A stretch of DNA of 27,874 bases from a virus (Duplodnaviria > Caudoviricetes), in IMG/VR virus record IMGVR_UViG_3300021964_000397, positions 1 through 27,874 of that record; one strand, written 5' to 3'. The position numbers were made by a program, and so were the translations under genes. The notes below the pieces were generated by a model that was not told the origin of the DNA, searched no databases, and worked only from the letters and a program-made list of their open reading frames with translations. Shown here piece after piece: positions 8,390-16,396 of this stretch. Position 1 is the first letter of the stretch, and every line of letters starts with the position of its first letter.

Positions 8390-9922
8390 CTAATCTCCAA
8401 AGAAGCTTCGACGTTGTCGTTCAATTACTTTATAGTTATAATCCACAAGTTTAGTAAGCTGCCTCTCTAAAGCTTCCATTTGCTTATCCGAGTAAGAGAC
8501 AGCCTCATTATTGGAAGTCCTTGTGTACATACTCATATAGGCGTTATACATAGCTCTTTGTATCTTATCCTTACGAAATTTTTCACTCTGACCTCTAAAC
8601 TTATTCTGACCTAGAGAATATAAAGCCTCTCCTGTCAAAATCATATTAGATTCCGTGATAAACTCGGCATTTTTCAAAAGTTTACCAACAGTTGCTGTGG
8701 GGTCATTAACTTCAACAGCCTTTTCTTTAGCCCTATCCACTAGATATTGAGACATCCTTGTGCCGGGGAAAGCTTGTTTCAAATTATTTAAGTAAGCTTC
8801 CACCGACTCATTAGATTGTTGCACAAGTTCTTGAAGTGACGCATCGTAAGCTTGTAAGTCAATACCTGTTAAACCTTCTACTATTTCTGCTGCACCGGGA
8901 ACTGCTTGCACAGCTTCTGAGAGAGAAGAGAAAAACCTTCCTTGAATACCAATCTGTGTAGCAACATTAGGGTCTTGTAACACGTTACGAGTTTGTGAAA
9001 TAGCATTTTGTGCTGCTGCAATGGAGGCGTTTGTTTTATCTTGCAAATCTCCTACTTCATCAAAAGCAAGATTACGAGCTAAAGAGCCCTGTCGTGCAAT
9101 CCCCGTCCCCGGAATTATAACAGTCTTAAATTTAGAGCCATCCTCTGTATTAGTAATTTGGGATACTACAATAACCCTTCCATCTTCTGCTCTATAACTA
9201 TCATCAATGTCCTCTGGATTAATGCCAAATTTCCTAAGTTCTTCATCGGTAAGATAATCCAAATCTTTTATGTTTTTGGCGAGGGTAGTTCTAGTTGAAT
9301 ATGACAGGTTAGGATGTACTTCCCCCAGATTTTCCACTGCTCTCTCTAGCTCTGTAGATTGCACTCCTGTAACATCCTCCACAGGTGAAAACCCCGTGTA
9401 AATGCTCGTTGAAACAGAGGGGGGTTCAATATTCGGGTCAGAGGGGGTTTTAATATTCGGGGTAGTAGTAGGAGTCTCTTGGTCGGGAGGATCAAAGTAA
9501 GAAGACCCTGCCGAATTAACCCACGCTTTTACGGATTTATTAATATACTTGTCTATATTATCAGCGGTAATATCCGGGTTCCTGTTGCCTTTGGCATCAT
9601 AGAAAAAAGACTTATAATGATCGAAGTACGCCTCTGTGGCTTCGTCTATATTCTTTGGAGACATACCAGAGGAACGAAGAGCATCTCGAACATAAGGGTT
9701 TAACCCCCCTTTAGTAGCTTCAATATTAGCTGCCTTCTCGTCAATCTTTTTCTGGAGAGCAGCAGCCTTTTGAATCTCAGCAGTATTCTTGGCTTTCTTA
9801 TCTTCTCTTTCAGCCGCAAGACGCTCCTGCTCTGCAAGAAGCTCCATCTCACGTTCCTGTTCTTTCTTGGCCGCATAACTTTGACCAATACCGTGAACCA
9901 CACCTAACATAAACGATCCCAT
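8390..9922 (-). CDS. Internal virion/ejection protein
   Basis: 510 aa. N-terminal MGSFMLGVVHGIG followed by a charged coiled coil is typical of podoviral ejection proteins. Position supports this. Confidence 0.6.
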   Translation of the reverse strand: MGSFMLGVVHGIGQSYAAKKEQEREMELLAEQERLAAEREDKKAKNTAEIQKAAALQKKIDEKAANIEATKGGLNPYVRDALRSSGMSPKNIDEATEAYFDHYKSFFYDAKGNRNPDITADNIDKYINKSVKAWVNSAGSSYFDPPDQETPTTTPNIKTPSDPNIEPPSVSTSIYTGFSPVEDVTGVQSTELERAVENLGEVHPNLSYSTRTTLAKNIKDLDYLTDEELRKFGINPEDIDDSYRAEDGRVIVVSQITNTEDGSKFKTVIIPGTGIARQGSLARNLAFDEVGDLQDKTNASIAAAQNAISQTRNVLQDPNVATQIGIQGRFFSSLSEAVQAVPGAAEIVEGLTGIDLQAYDASLQELVQQSNESVEAYLNNLKQAFPGTRMSQYLVDRAKEKAVEVNDPTATVGKLLKNAEFITESNMILTGEALYSLGQNKFRGQSEKFRKDKIQRAMYNAYMSMYTRTSNNEAVSYSDKQMEALERQLTKLVDYNYKVIERQRRSFFGD

Positions 9923-10458
9923 TACAGCAATCCTTCTGGTTTTTCAAGCAAAGCCATGCCTTTATCTGTATCTTCCAGACCTGTTAAGTCCTTCTGAGAC
10001 TTGGCATTAGCATCAATGGCCTTCTGCAAGTCATTGCGGCTAATCATTTTAGAAATTGCAATATCAATATCTTCCACATCCAACTCCGCATTCTCACTAC
10101 TCACAACCGGCTCAATACCTGCTGCTTCTGACATACGATAAAGCATAACAGTTATAGGAGGCAGAACAATAGGAAGTGCAGTGATAGGAATTTTCCCCTC
10201 TGTAGCAAGGTGATGCACGACAGTGGTTGATACAAGATCAATAGGTATATTGGCCTTCATCATCCCAAGAAAGCGAGCAGCGGTTTTTGGCTGCATAACA
10301 GCATTAAATACCCGGTCAAGAATCTTCTTAGGGTCTGTTTCGGCGGCAGGACGATCATAGGGCATCCTTCGAGGGGCCTGTGTTAGTGCCTCTCCGGGAA
10401 TTGCAGCGTTATGAGACAATTCATCAATCTTCTGCTCTGCCATTTCTTTATTTATCAT
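9922..10458 (-). CDS. Conserved phage hypothetical (likely virion) protein
   Basis: 178 aa. The AIPG.ALT..P...PY..P motif recalls a gene found at this position in related podoviruses. Coupled to both neighbours. Confidence 0.6.
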   Translation of the reverse strand: MINKEMAEQKIDELSHNAAIPGEALTQAPRRMPYDRPAAETDPKKILDRVFNAVMQPKTAARFLGMMKANIPIDLVSTTVVHHLATEGKIPITALPIVLPPITVMLYRMSEAAGIEPVVSSENAELDVEDIDIAISKMISRNDLQKAIDANAKSQKDLTGLEDTDKGMALLEKPEGLL

Positions 10459-10832
10459 GTTACATCATCACCTTTAAGAATCTTCTGCATTTCCCTAAGC
10501 GTCAATTCCTCAACATCGAACGCATCATTTGCGTCTTTCATAAGACTGGCAACATATTCAGAACCTGACAGCTTAATTTTATAACTCTCTGCTTTCTCGG
10601 GAGAGCCTGTTCTAGTCTGTGATCCAGTCTGGTTAGCAATCATTGCAGGGGAACTTGCGCCTCCCCCAGAAACTGCTCCTCTATACCTTTTAAGGCTTGG
10701 TCCTTTACTGCCCCCGCCGCCTTTAAAGACACCCGCAACGTCCTTTACGGCACCGACAACCGATCCGACTGTTTTTGCTGCCGATCCGATTGTTTTTACT
10801 GTACTTCCTATTGATGCTATTGTTGCTGCCAT
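10455..10832 (-). CDS. Small ejection/pilot-type protein
   Basis: 125 aa with an amphipathic G/A/S/T/V-rich N-terminus followed by a Gly run. TAATG coupling to the GNAT gene. Confidence 0.55.
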   Translation of the reverse strand: MAATIASIGSTVKTIGSAAKTVGSVVGAVKDVAGVFKGGGGSKGPSLKRYRGAVSGGGASSPAMIANQTGSQTRTGSPEKAESYKIKLSGSEYVASLMKDANDAFDVEELTLREMQKILKGDDVT

Positions 10833-11287
10833 TAGATGCTCGCTCTATATACCTGTTCAAAAAGCTTAAACCCATACTTGAGAAAAACTTCATTTGCGTT
10901 GGTGGGCTTATTAACGGCGATAGATGTCATTGTCATACTACTTGCTCCATGCTCTCTTGCCCACTCAATTCCTGCCTCCATTATTTCACTTCCAATACCT
11001 GCTGAACGAGCTTCTTCATCTACATAGAAGAAGTACTCACTCGCGACTATCTTGGAATTATCGAAGAAAAAGGGGTTAAGGATAAGACCTATCATCCCTC
11101 TTAGCCGTCCATCAGTTTCATAAAGAAGAATCGTCCCGTCAGGGCTCTCTGTAAGTCCCTCTAGAAGTGATCTAACATCCTCCCCTACATAAGTTGTATT
11201 CGGGGGGAGATTATCTAGCTCTGAGCAAAATACCTCTCCAAGTGATATTAGTGTATCAAAATCGTCTTCTGTTGCTACTCTAATCAA
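10832..11287 (-). CDS. GNAT-family acetyl/acyltransferase
   Basis: IRVAT.DD N-terminus, motif A FYVDEEARSAGIGSEI, W-A-R-E-H-G-A segment and motif B F.KYGF. TTG start with AGGAGGG SD. Confidence 0.88.
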   Translation of the reverse strand: MIRVATEDDFDTLISLGEVFCSELDNLPPNTTYVGEDVRSLLEGLTESPDGTILLYETDGRLRGMIGLILNPFFFDNSKIVASEYFFYVDEEARSAGIGSEIMEAGIEWAREHGASSMTMTSIAVNKPTNANEVFLKYGFKLFEQVYRASI

Positions 11288-11305
11288 TTTTCCCTCCTGA
11301 TTAGT

Positions 11306-11584
11306 TTATGAAAATCTGTTCTCTTCCTGTTGAAAAAGGTCTCCTAAAAGTCCGCCCTCTAATTGGAAAGTTTCGGCTTTTGTTACTTCTCCTTCTGGAG
11401 GAATAAATCCCGGGTCACTAACTTCTTGCTCAGTAATAGGATTACCTGCAATAACGTCAGCAGCTTTTTGGGCTTGAGCGTGTGCAGCCCGTGCCTTCTT
11501 CGCCTTCTTTTTCGCAATAGCCCCACCAACACCCTTTGCTACGGTGCTAACTCCTGCTGCGACTGCTGTTGTTACTACTGCCAC
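11306..11584 (-). CDS. Small ejection/pilot-type protein
   Basis: 92 aa, GTG start 1 nt after the upstream stop. MAVVTTAVAAGVS...GG followed by KKKAKKARAA..AQ is the pattern of small podoviral ejection proteins. Confidence 0.6.
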   Translation of the reverse strand: MAVVTTAVAAGVSTVAKGVGGAIAKKKAKKARAAHAQAQKAADVIAGNPITEQEVSDPGFIPPEGEVTKAETFQLEGGLLGDLFQQEENRFS

Positions 11585-11585
11585 T

Positions 11586-14390
11586 TTAGAATCCTAACCA
11601 ATCTGGATTAGAGCCTGTCCCAATATCGAGACCTCCGCCAATATTTCCAAAATCAGTATCTACTACTCCAAAATCATCACCAAAGCCAAAGGAGAAGTCC
11701 CCGGCGGGCTGAGTACTGCCTCCATCAAAGATACCTCCAATACTGTCAAAAGCATCTCCGATGCCTCCAATTACCCCACCGATAGAGGACCCAGCCTGAA
11801 ACTTCTGTTCTTTATCAGCGAGTTTCAAGTTAGTGTTAGCTTGAAGGTTAGCAATAGCGAGAGACAAAGCTCTATCCTCTGCCTTCTCATTGGAATTCCA
11901 AGTATAGCTTGCGTTGTCTCTAAATAGCATAATTGCATTAGACATTGCTGTATTACTAATATTCAACAGGTTCTGTGAATTAACAAGGTTCTGCTGGTTC
12001 TGAAACTGGTTATTCGCTGTATTAATAGCTCTCAGATAGTTTACATTAGACTGCTCTACCAGAATAGCATTACGAGCATCGAACTGTTCTCTCTGATTCA
12101 ACATAGTTGAGTTAAACTGGTCAGCATCCAACTGCTGAGAAGCTACAAATTGATCCATATTAGCGGTCAACTGAGCAAAGAACTGGTCAAGCTGAACTTC
12201 GTTCTGTACGTTCATTTGTCGAGCAGCGTTTACAGCAGCTTGGTCTGATAACATAGACTGGAGCCTAGCCTGTGCATTAACAACAGCCGTTTGCTGGGCA
12301 TTAGTCAGGTTTGTCATATCCATCTGCAAGAACGCCTGAGCATTAGCGATGTTAGCCTGCTGACGATTATTAAGATTAGCCATTCCAAAGTTGTTGGCAA
12401 CCTCAGCATTAAACATAGAGGTCTGCTGTCTATTAGCCAGATTCCCCATATCCATCTGCAAAGACGCCTGAGCGTTCTGGAGAGCAGTTCTGGTTTCAGC
12501 ATCCAAGTTCGTCAGGTCCATCTGCAAGAACGCCTGAGCGTTTGCCATAGCTGCCTGCTGACGATTATTAAGATTAGCCATCCCAAAAGCATTGGCAGCT
12601 TCGGTATTGAAGAGGGTAGTCTGCTGACGATTAGCCAAGTTAGCCATCGTAACATTTAAAGCTGAGAGAGCGTTCTGCATGACAGCCTTGGTTTGATTAT
12701 CCAAGTTCGTCAGGTCCATCTGCAAATTAGCAGCCGCATTAGCCATAGCTGCCTGCTGACGATTACCTGTATTCTGCATTGCAACCGTAATCAGGTTCTG
12801 AGCATTGGCGACTCTCGACTGCTGTTCTGCGTTTAGATTAGCAAGGTTTAGCTGTAGGGCTGTCTGAGCATTTTGAAGACCTGCCTGAATCTTGAAGTTA
12901 TTACTCTGAGAGTCCAGAGCAGCAATGTGACTAGCTTTCATGATAGTTGCTGATTGACGAGCATCAAACTTCTTAAGCTGCATTGTTTCAAACATCTTAG
13001 CATCTTGAGAAGCGATAGGTAGAGCAGCTTGCAGAACGGCGGCAGTAGTTGCGCCTCCAGAAATGGAAGAGGAACTAATACCCCGTGCAGCCATTTGCTG
13101 ATTAGCGGCTGTCAGAGCCCCTTTCGCCCAGTTAGGAATTTCGCCCGGCTCAAAATCCGTAAGCTGACGATACTGTTCTCTTACCGTAGCTCTGGGATCA
13201 ACAGGGAAATTAATAGCATCCGACTTAGCTTCCTCAATGGCATTATTGAAAGCAGTTGTTGCCTGAAACTCAATCGCATTGACTAATTGCTCAGGAGTCA
13301 TATTTGCCTGAGCAGCATTAATCTGCATATCCGGGGTCAAATTAGTCTGTGCAGCCTCCACAATAGACTCAGGGCTTAACCCGCCTAGTGGCACATTTGC
13401 TACAGCTTCTGGAGGAAGCGTAGTCTGTTCTGCAACAGCCTGAGAAGCAGGGAGACCTGTCGCCGGGTCTACTAAGGCGTCCTGAGAAACCTCTCCTGTA
13501 GGGGCATTAGCAATAGAATCCGGGGATAATGTACCCTGAGCGGCATTAGCTTGTGCCACAGGAAGACCCGTTGCAGGGTCTACTTGAGCTCCCTGAGAGA
13601 GCTCTCCCTGAGCAGCCGTGACTTGCGGAGTGGCTGTTCCAATAGTATCAGCCGTCATCTGAGGCGTATCAGTCTGAGCCGGGGCTTGAATATTTGAAGC
13701 ACTTATTTGAGGGACGTTAGGGTCTAGTTGAACGCCCTGCATTTGCTCGTTAGCCTGAACTTCTTGTAGAGCAGCTTGATACAGAGCATTTTCAGGTAAT
13801 TCTGGGTTATCTATAAGAGACTGGTTGAAGGCTTCAACATCAAAGCCAGTATCAGTGCCTGTTCCTGTATCAGTGCCTGTTCCTGTACCAGTACCTGCTC
13901 CTGTACCAGTGCCTGCTCCTGTACCAGTGCCTGTTCCTGTATATACGCTAGTTCCGACACTGCCTCCTCCGACACCAAAAATACCATTAACTGATCCATT
14001 ATAGATCATATTCAGATTATTAGCAATACCTTGTAACTGGTCTGGGTTAAGATTGGAAAACTGAGGATTCTGAGACAGGTTTAACACATTACCGCTAGGT
14101 TGCGTCACCACAATATCACCGGAAGTTGGTGTTGAGGTAGTCGTAGCCGTAGGGGCTGCGCTGGGTGTTGAGGTAGTCGTAGCCGTAGGGGCTGCGCTGG
14201 GTACAGTCTGTACTCCTGTTTGTGCAAAGTCTCTCGCCATTGCTAACCTTGAAGCTCTATCCTCTGCCTTCTCAGGTGAAGGTCGCCCGTAGTCGTAAAG
14301 CGTTTGAACTATTGGACCCGTGCCCGGAGCAGAAGATTTAGCTCTTTCAAGAAGCTCCTCAAAATGTGGGATATTTGGTAGAGTAGACAT
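11586..14390 (-). CDS. Internal virion/ejection protein with 22-aa Q/N/A coiled-coil repeats (putative DNA-delivery channel)
   Basis: 934 aa with a low-complexity N-terminus, 11/13-aa acidic repeats, a central IP.WA...MAARG segment, at least ten 22-aa repeats and a Gly-rich C-terminus. Confidence 0.72.
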   Translation of the reverse strand: MSTLPNIPHFEELLERAKSSAPGTGPIVQTLYDYGRPSPEKAEDRASRLAMARDFAQTGVQTVPSAAPTATTTSTPSAAPTATTTSTPTSGDIVVTQPSGNVLNLSQNPQFSNLNPDQLQGIANNLNMIYNGSVNGIFGVGGGSVGTSVYTGTGTGTGAGTGTGAGTGTGTGTDTGTGTDTGFDVEAFNQSLIDNPELPENALYQAALQEVQANEQMQGVQLDPNVPQISASNIQAPAQTDTPQMTADTIGTATPQVTAAQGELSQGAQVDPATGLPVAQANAAQGTLSPDSIANAPTGEVSQDALVDPATGLPASQAVAEQTTLPPEAVANVPLGGLSPESIVEAAQTNLTPDMQINAAQANMTPEQLVNAIEFQATTAFNNAIEEAKSDAINFPVDPRATVREQYRQLTDFEPGEIPNWAKGALTAANQQMAARGISSSSISGGATTAAVLQAALPIASQDAKMFETMQLKKFDARQSATIMKASHIAALDSQSNNFKIQAGLQNAQTALQLNLANLNAEQQSRVANAQNLITVAMQNTGNRQQAAMANAAANLQMDLTNLDNQTKAVMQNALSALNVTMANLANRQQTTLFNTEAANAFGMANLNNRQQAAMANAQAFLQMDLTNLDAETRTALQNAQASLQMDMGNLANRQQTSMFNAEVANNFGMANLNNRQQANIANAQAFLQMDMTNLTNAQQTAVVNAQARLQSMLSDQAAVNAARQMNVQNEVQLDQFFAQLTANMDQFVASQQLDADQFNSTMLNQREQFDARNAILVEQSNVNYLRAINTANNQFQNQQNLVNSQNLLNISNTAMSNAIMLFRDNASYTWNSNEKAEDRALSLAIANLQANTNLKLADKEQKFQAGSSIGGVIGGIGDAFDSIGGIFDGGSTQPAGDFSFGFGDDFGVVDTDFGNIGGGLDIGTGSNPDWLGF
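12249..12908 (-). repeat. Ten 22-aa (66-nt) repeats with a 198-nt super-period
   Basis: catctgcaa recurs at 12321, 12519 and 12717; example unit ANLNNRQQAAMANAQAFLQMDL. Confidence 0.9.
13281..13655 (-). repeat. Ten 11-13-aa repeats with a 111-nt super-period
   Basis: VDPATGLP occurs twice, 37 aa apart (gggtctac at 13465 and 13576), among xAxQGxLSxxxxV/A units. Confidence 0.8.
13845..13940 (-). repeat. Gly-Thr (GTGA/GTDT) dipeptide repeat linker
   Basis: Degenerate 6/18-nt repeats encoding TGTGTGTGAGTGTGAGTGTGTGTDTGTGTDTG. Confidence 0.85.
14128..14199. repeat. Perfect 36-nt tandem duplication (PSAAPTATTTST x2)
   Basis: ggtgttgaggtagtcgtagccgtaggggctgcgctg at 14128-14163 and 14164-14199. 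Confidence 0.95.
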
Positions 14391-16396
14391 TACGCAATCC
14401 TCTCATTCAGGTCTTTAATATGGAGGGTTAGTACTTCTACTGTTTCCCAAAGAGAGTTAATTAGCTGGCCTGTACTCCACTTACCCTCCAACCATTCTTC
14501 ACGAGTGGGCATTGCGGGAAGGCTTCCTGTGGACAGAAACTCGTTAATATACGTATCTACATCGAGAGTAGACTGTGTGCGCTGTTCTAGGAACGTATCT
14601 ACAGGACTAGGGCCATCACCTGTCCAGAGAGAATTATAGAAGTCTACTTGGTCAGTATCTAGTTTGCTATTATAGAAGTCAGCTACATAGTCAGTGAGGA
14701 GTGTGTTGTCATCATAGACCGCTGTAGCGTTCAATGTCCCAGCACCTTTAAGACCGCCCGTAGGGGCACCTAGAGTAACACCATCACCAATTACCATTGC
14801 ATCTGTGTCTAGAGTCCCGGAGACCATTGTAGCGAAAGACCAAGAACCTTCTTCTGTAGTATCCGTTACATTATCCATTGTGTAGGAGATTCTGCCGAAA
14901 TTCGTAGCGTTAGCTCCTGAGTCATTAGCGAAAATATTATGAAGTATCAAAACATCAGAAACTGCAGGCGTAGGAGAGTTCCAGTAAGTCGTATAAACCG
15001 ACCCGAATGTAGAATTGGTAGGGGTATCTGTAACGAGGAAAATACCTTCATTTTCTGCATCATAGTAAGAAGCGTGAGAAGTATTAGAACCATCTACCCG
15101 AAACGCTATGCCGCTTGATACAGAGGTGGGAAAAACTGCCTCGTATGCAGCATGTCTGATGCCACCATTTACAGTACTAGAAATAGTACTCGTTCCGATG
15201 CCCTCACTAGTGTTAAAAGTATGATCACCTGTCCAATCAATATCATCTAAATAACCTACAGCCCCGAGGGATGTACGTGCCGTTGTTCCTGACTCTGCAA
15301 CCCAATTTGTTCCATTACCTACGATGAACTTACCATCAGTAACCGCAAGACCAGCGATGTCTGCCAAGCCAGCATCATAAGCCTGAACGTCAGTGCCGAT
15401 TGCAAGGCCAAGCGATGTACGTGCCGTTGCACCTGACTCTGCAACCCAGTTAGTACCATTACCGACGATGATATTACCATCCGTTACAGCAAGCCCAGAG
15501 ATGTCTGCCAAGCCAGCATCATAAGCCTGAACGTCAGTGCCGATTGTGAGCCCAAGCGATGTACGTGCTGTTGCACCTGACTCTGCAACCCAATTAGAGC
15601 CGTCACCTACAATAAAGTTACTATTAGTAACCGCAAGACCAGCGATGTCTGCCAAGCCAGCATCATAGGCCTGAACATCAGTGCCAATAGCAAGTCCTAG
15701 ATTAGTTCGTGCAGAACTTGCACTATCAAGATCACTAAGATTATTAGTAACCAATGCCGCTTCGGTTGTTGAAGGAACACCTAGAGAAGTACGTGCCGTT
15801 GATCCTGACTCTGCAACCCAATTTGTTCCATTACCTACGATGAAATTACCATCCGTTACAGCAAGCCCAGAGATGTCATTAAGCCCCGCATCATAAGCCT
15901 GAACGTCAGTTCCGATAGCGAGACCAAGGTTAGTTCGTGCAGAACTTGCACTAGCAAGATCACTAAGATTATTAGCGACCAAAGCAGCTTCGGCTGTTGA
16001 AGGAACACCTAGAGAAGTACGGGCCGTAGCTCCAGATTCTGCAACCCAGTTAGTACCATTACCGACGATGATATTACCATCCGTTACAGAAAGCCCAGAG
16101 ATGTCATTAAGCCCCGCATCATACGCCTGAACGTCAGTGCCGATAACAAGTCCTAAAGAAGTTCTCGCCCCGGAGGCTGTAGAGGATGCTGTACCACCAT
16201 TTGCAACAGGAAGAATCCCTGAAACAGCCGCAGTAAGGGAGATTTTAGGGCCTTCCCCGGCGGAGCCATCATGGGCATGGCCTGTAGAGGCGTTAAAAGC
16301 AGATTCAAGAGCATTATACTCGTTGTTGAAATAGGACGCTTCAATAACTGCCGCATCTACAATATTTGCTGCTTCTTGTCGTGTATAACCAGCCAT
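14390..16396 (-). CDS. Tail fibre with repeat shaft and C-terminal chaperone-like domain
   Basis: N-terminal MAGYTRQ...FNNEYN.L..AF...TGH.HDG...EG anchor, LPVANGGT and ARTSLG fibre motifs. C-terminal DYV...LP.MP......GQL...LWE.VE.LTL.I resembles intramolecular chaperone tails. Confidence 0.85.
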   Translation of the reverse strand: MAGYTRQEAANIVDAAVIEASYFNNEYNALESAFNASTGHAHDGSAGEGPKISLTAAVSGILPVANGGTASSTASGARTSLGLVIGTDVQAYDAGLNDISGLSVTDGNIIVGNGTNWVAESGATARTSLGVPSTAEAALVANNLSDLASASSARTNLGLAIGTDVQAYDAGLNDISGLAVTDGNFIVGNGTNWVAESGSTARTSLGVPSTTEAALVTNNLSDLDSASSARTNLGLAIGTDVQAYDAGLADIAGLAVTNSNFIVGDGSNWVAESGATARTSLGLTIGTDVQAYDAGLADISGLAVTDGNIIVGNGTNWVAESGATARTSLGLAIGTDVQAYDAGLADIAGLAVTDGKFIVGNGTNWVAESGTTARTSLGAVGYLDDIDWTGDHTFNTSEGIGTSTISSTVNGGIRHAAYEAVFPTSVSSGIAFRVDGSNTSHASYYDAENEGIFLVTDTPTNSTFGSVYTTYWNSPTPAVSDVLILHNIFANDSGANATNFGRISYTMDNVTDTTEEGSWSFATMVSGTLDTDAMVIGDGVTLGAPTGGLKGAGTLNATAVYDDNTLLTDYVADFYNSKLDTDQVDFYNSLWTGDGPSPVDTFLEQRTQSTLDVDTYINEFLSTGSLPAMPTREEWLEGKWSTGQLINSLWETVEVLTLHIKDLNERIA
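15263..16150 (-). repeat. Tail-fibre tandem repeats A-B-A-B-A-A-A (A = 144 nt/48 aa, B = 84 nt/28 aa)
   Basis: The WVAESG-coding segment recurs at spacings of 144, 144, 228 and 228 nt. Confidence 0.95.

Noticed and set aside
15263-16150. Regular repeats as a CRISPR array or a DGR template/variable pair
   Set aside because: Units are in-frame coding multiples of 3 with no unique spacers, differences are not adenine-specific, and no cas or reverse transcriptase gene is present.
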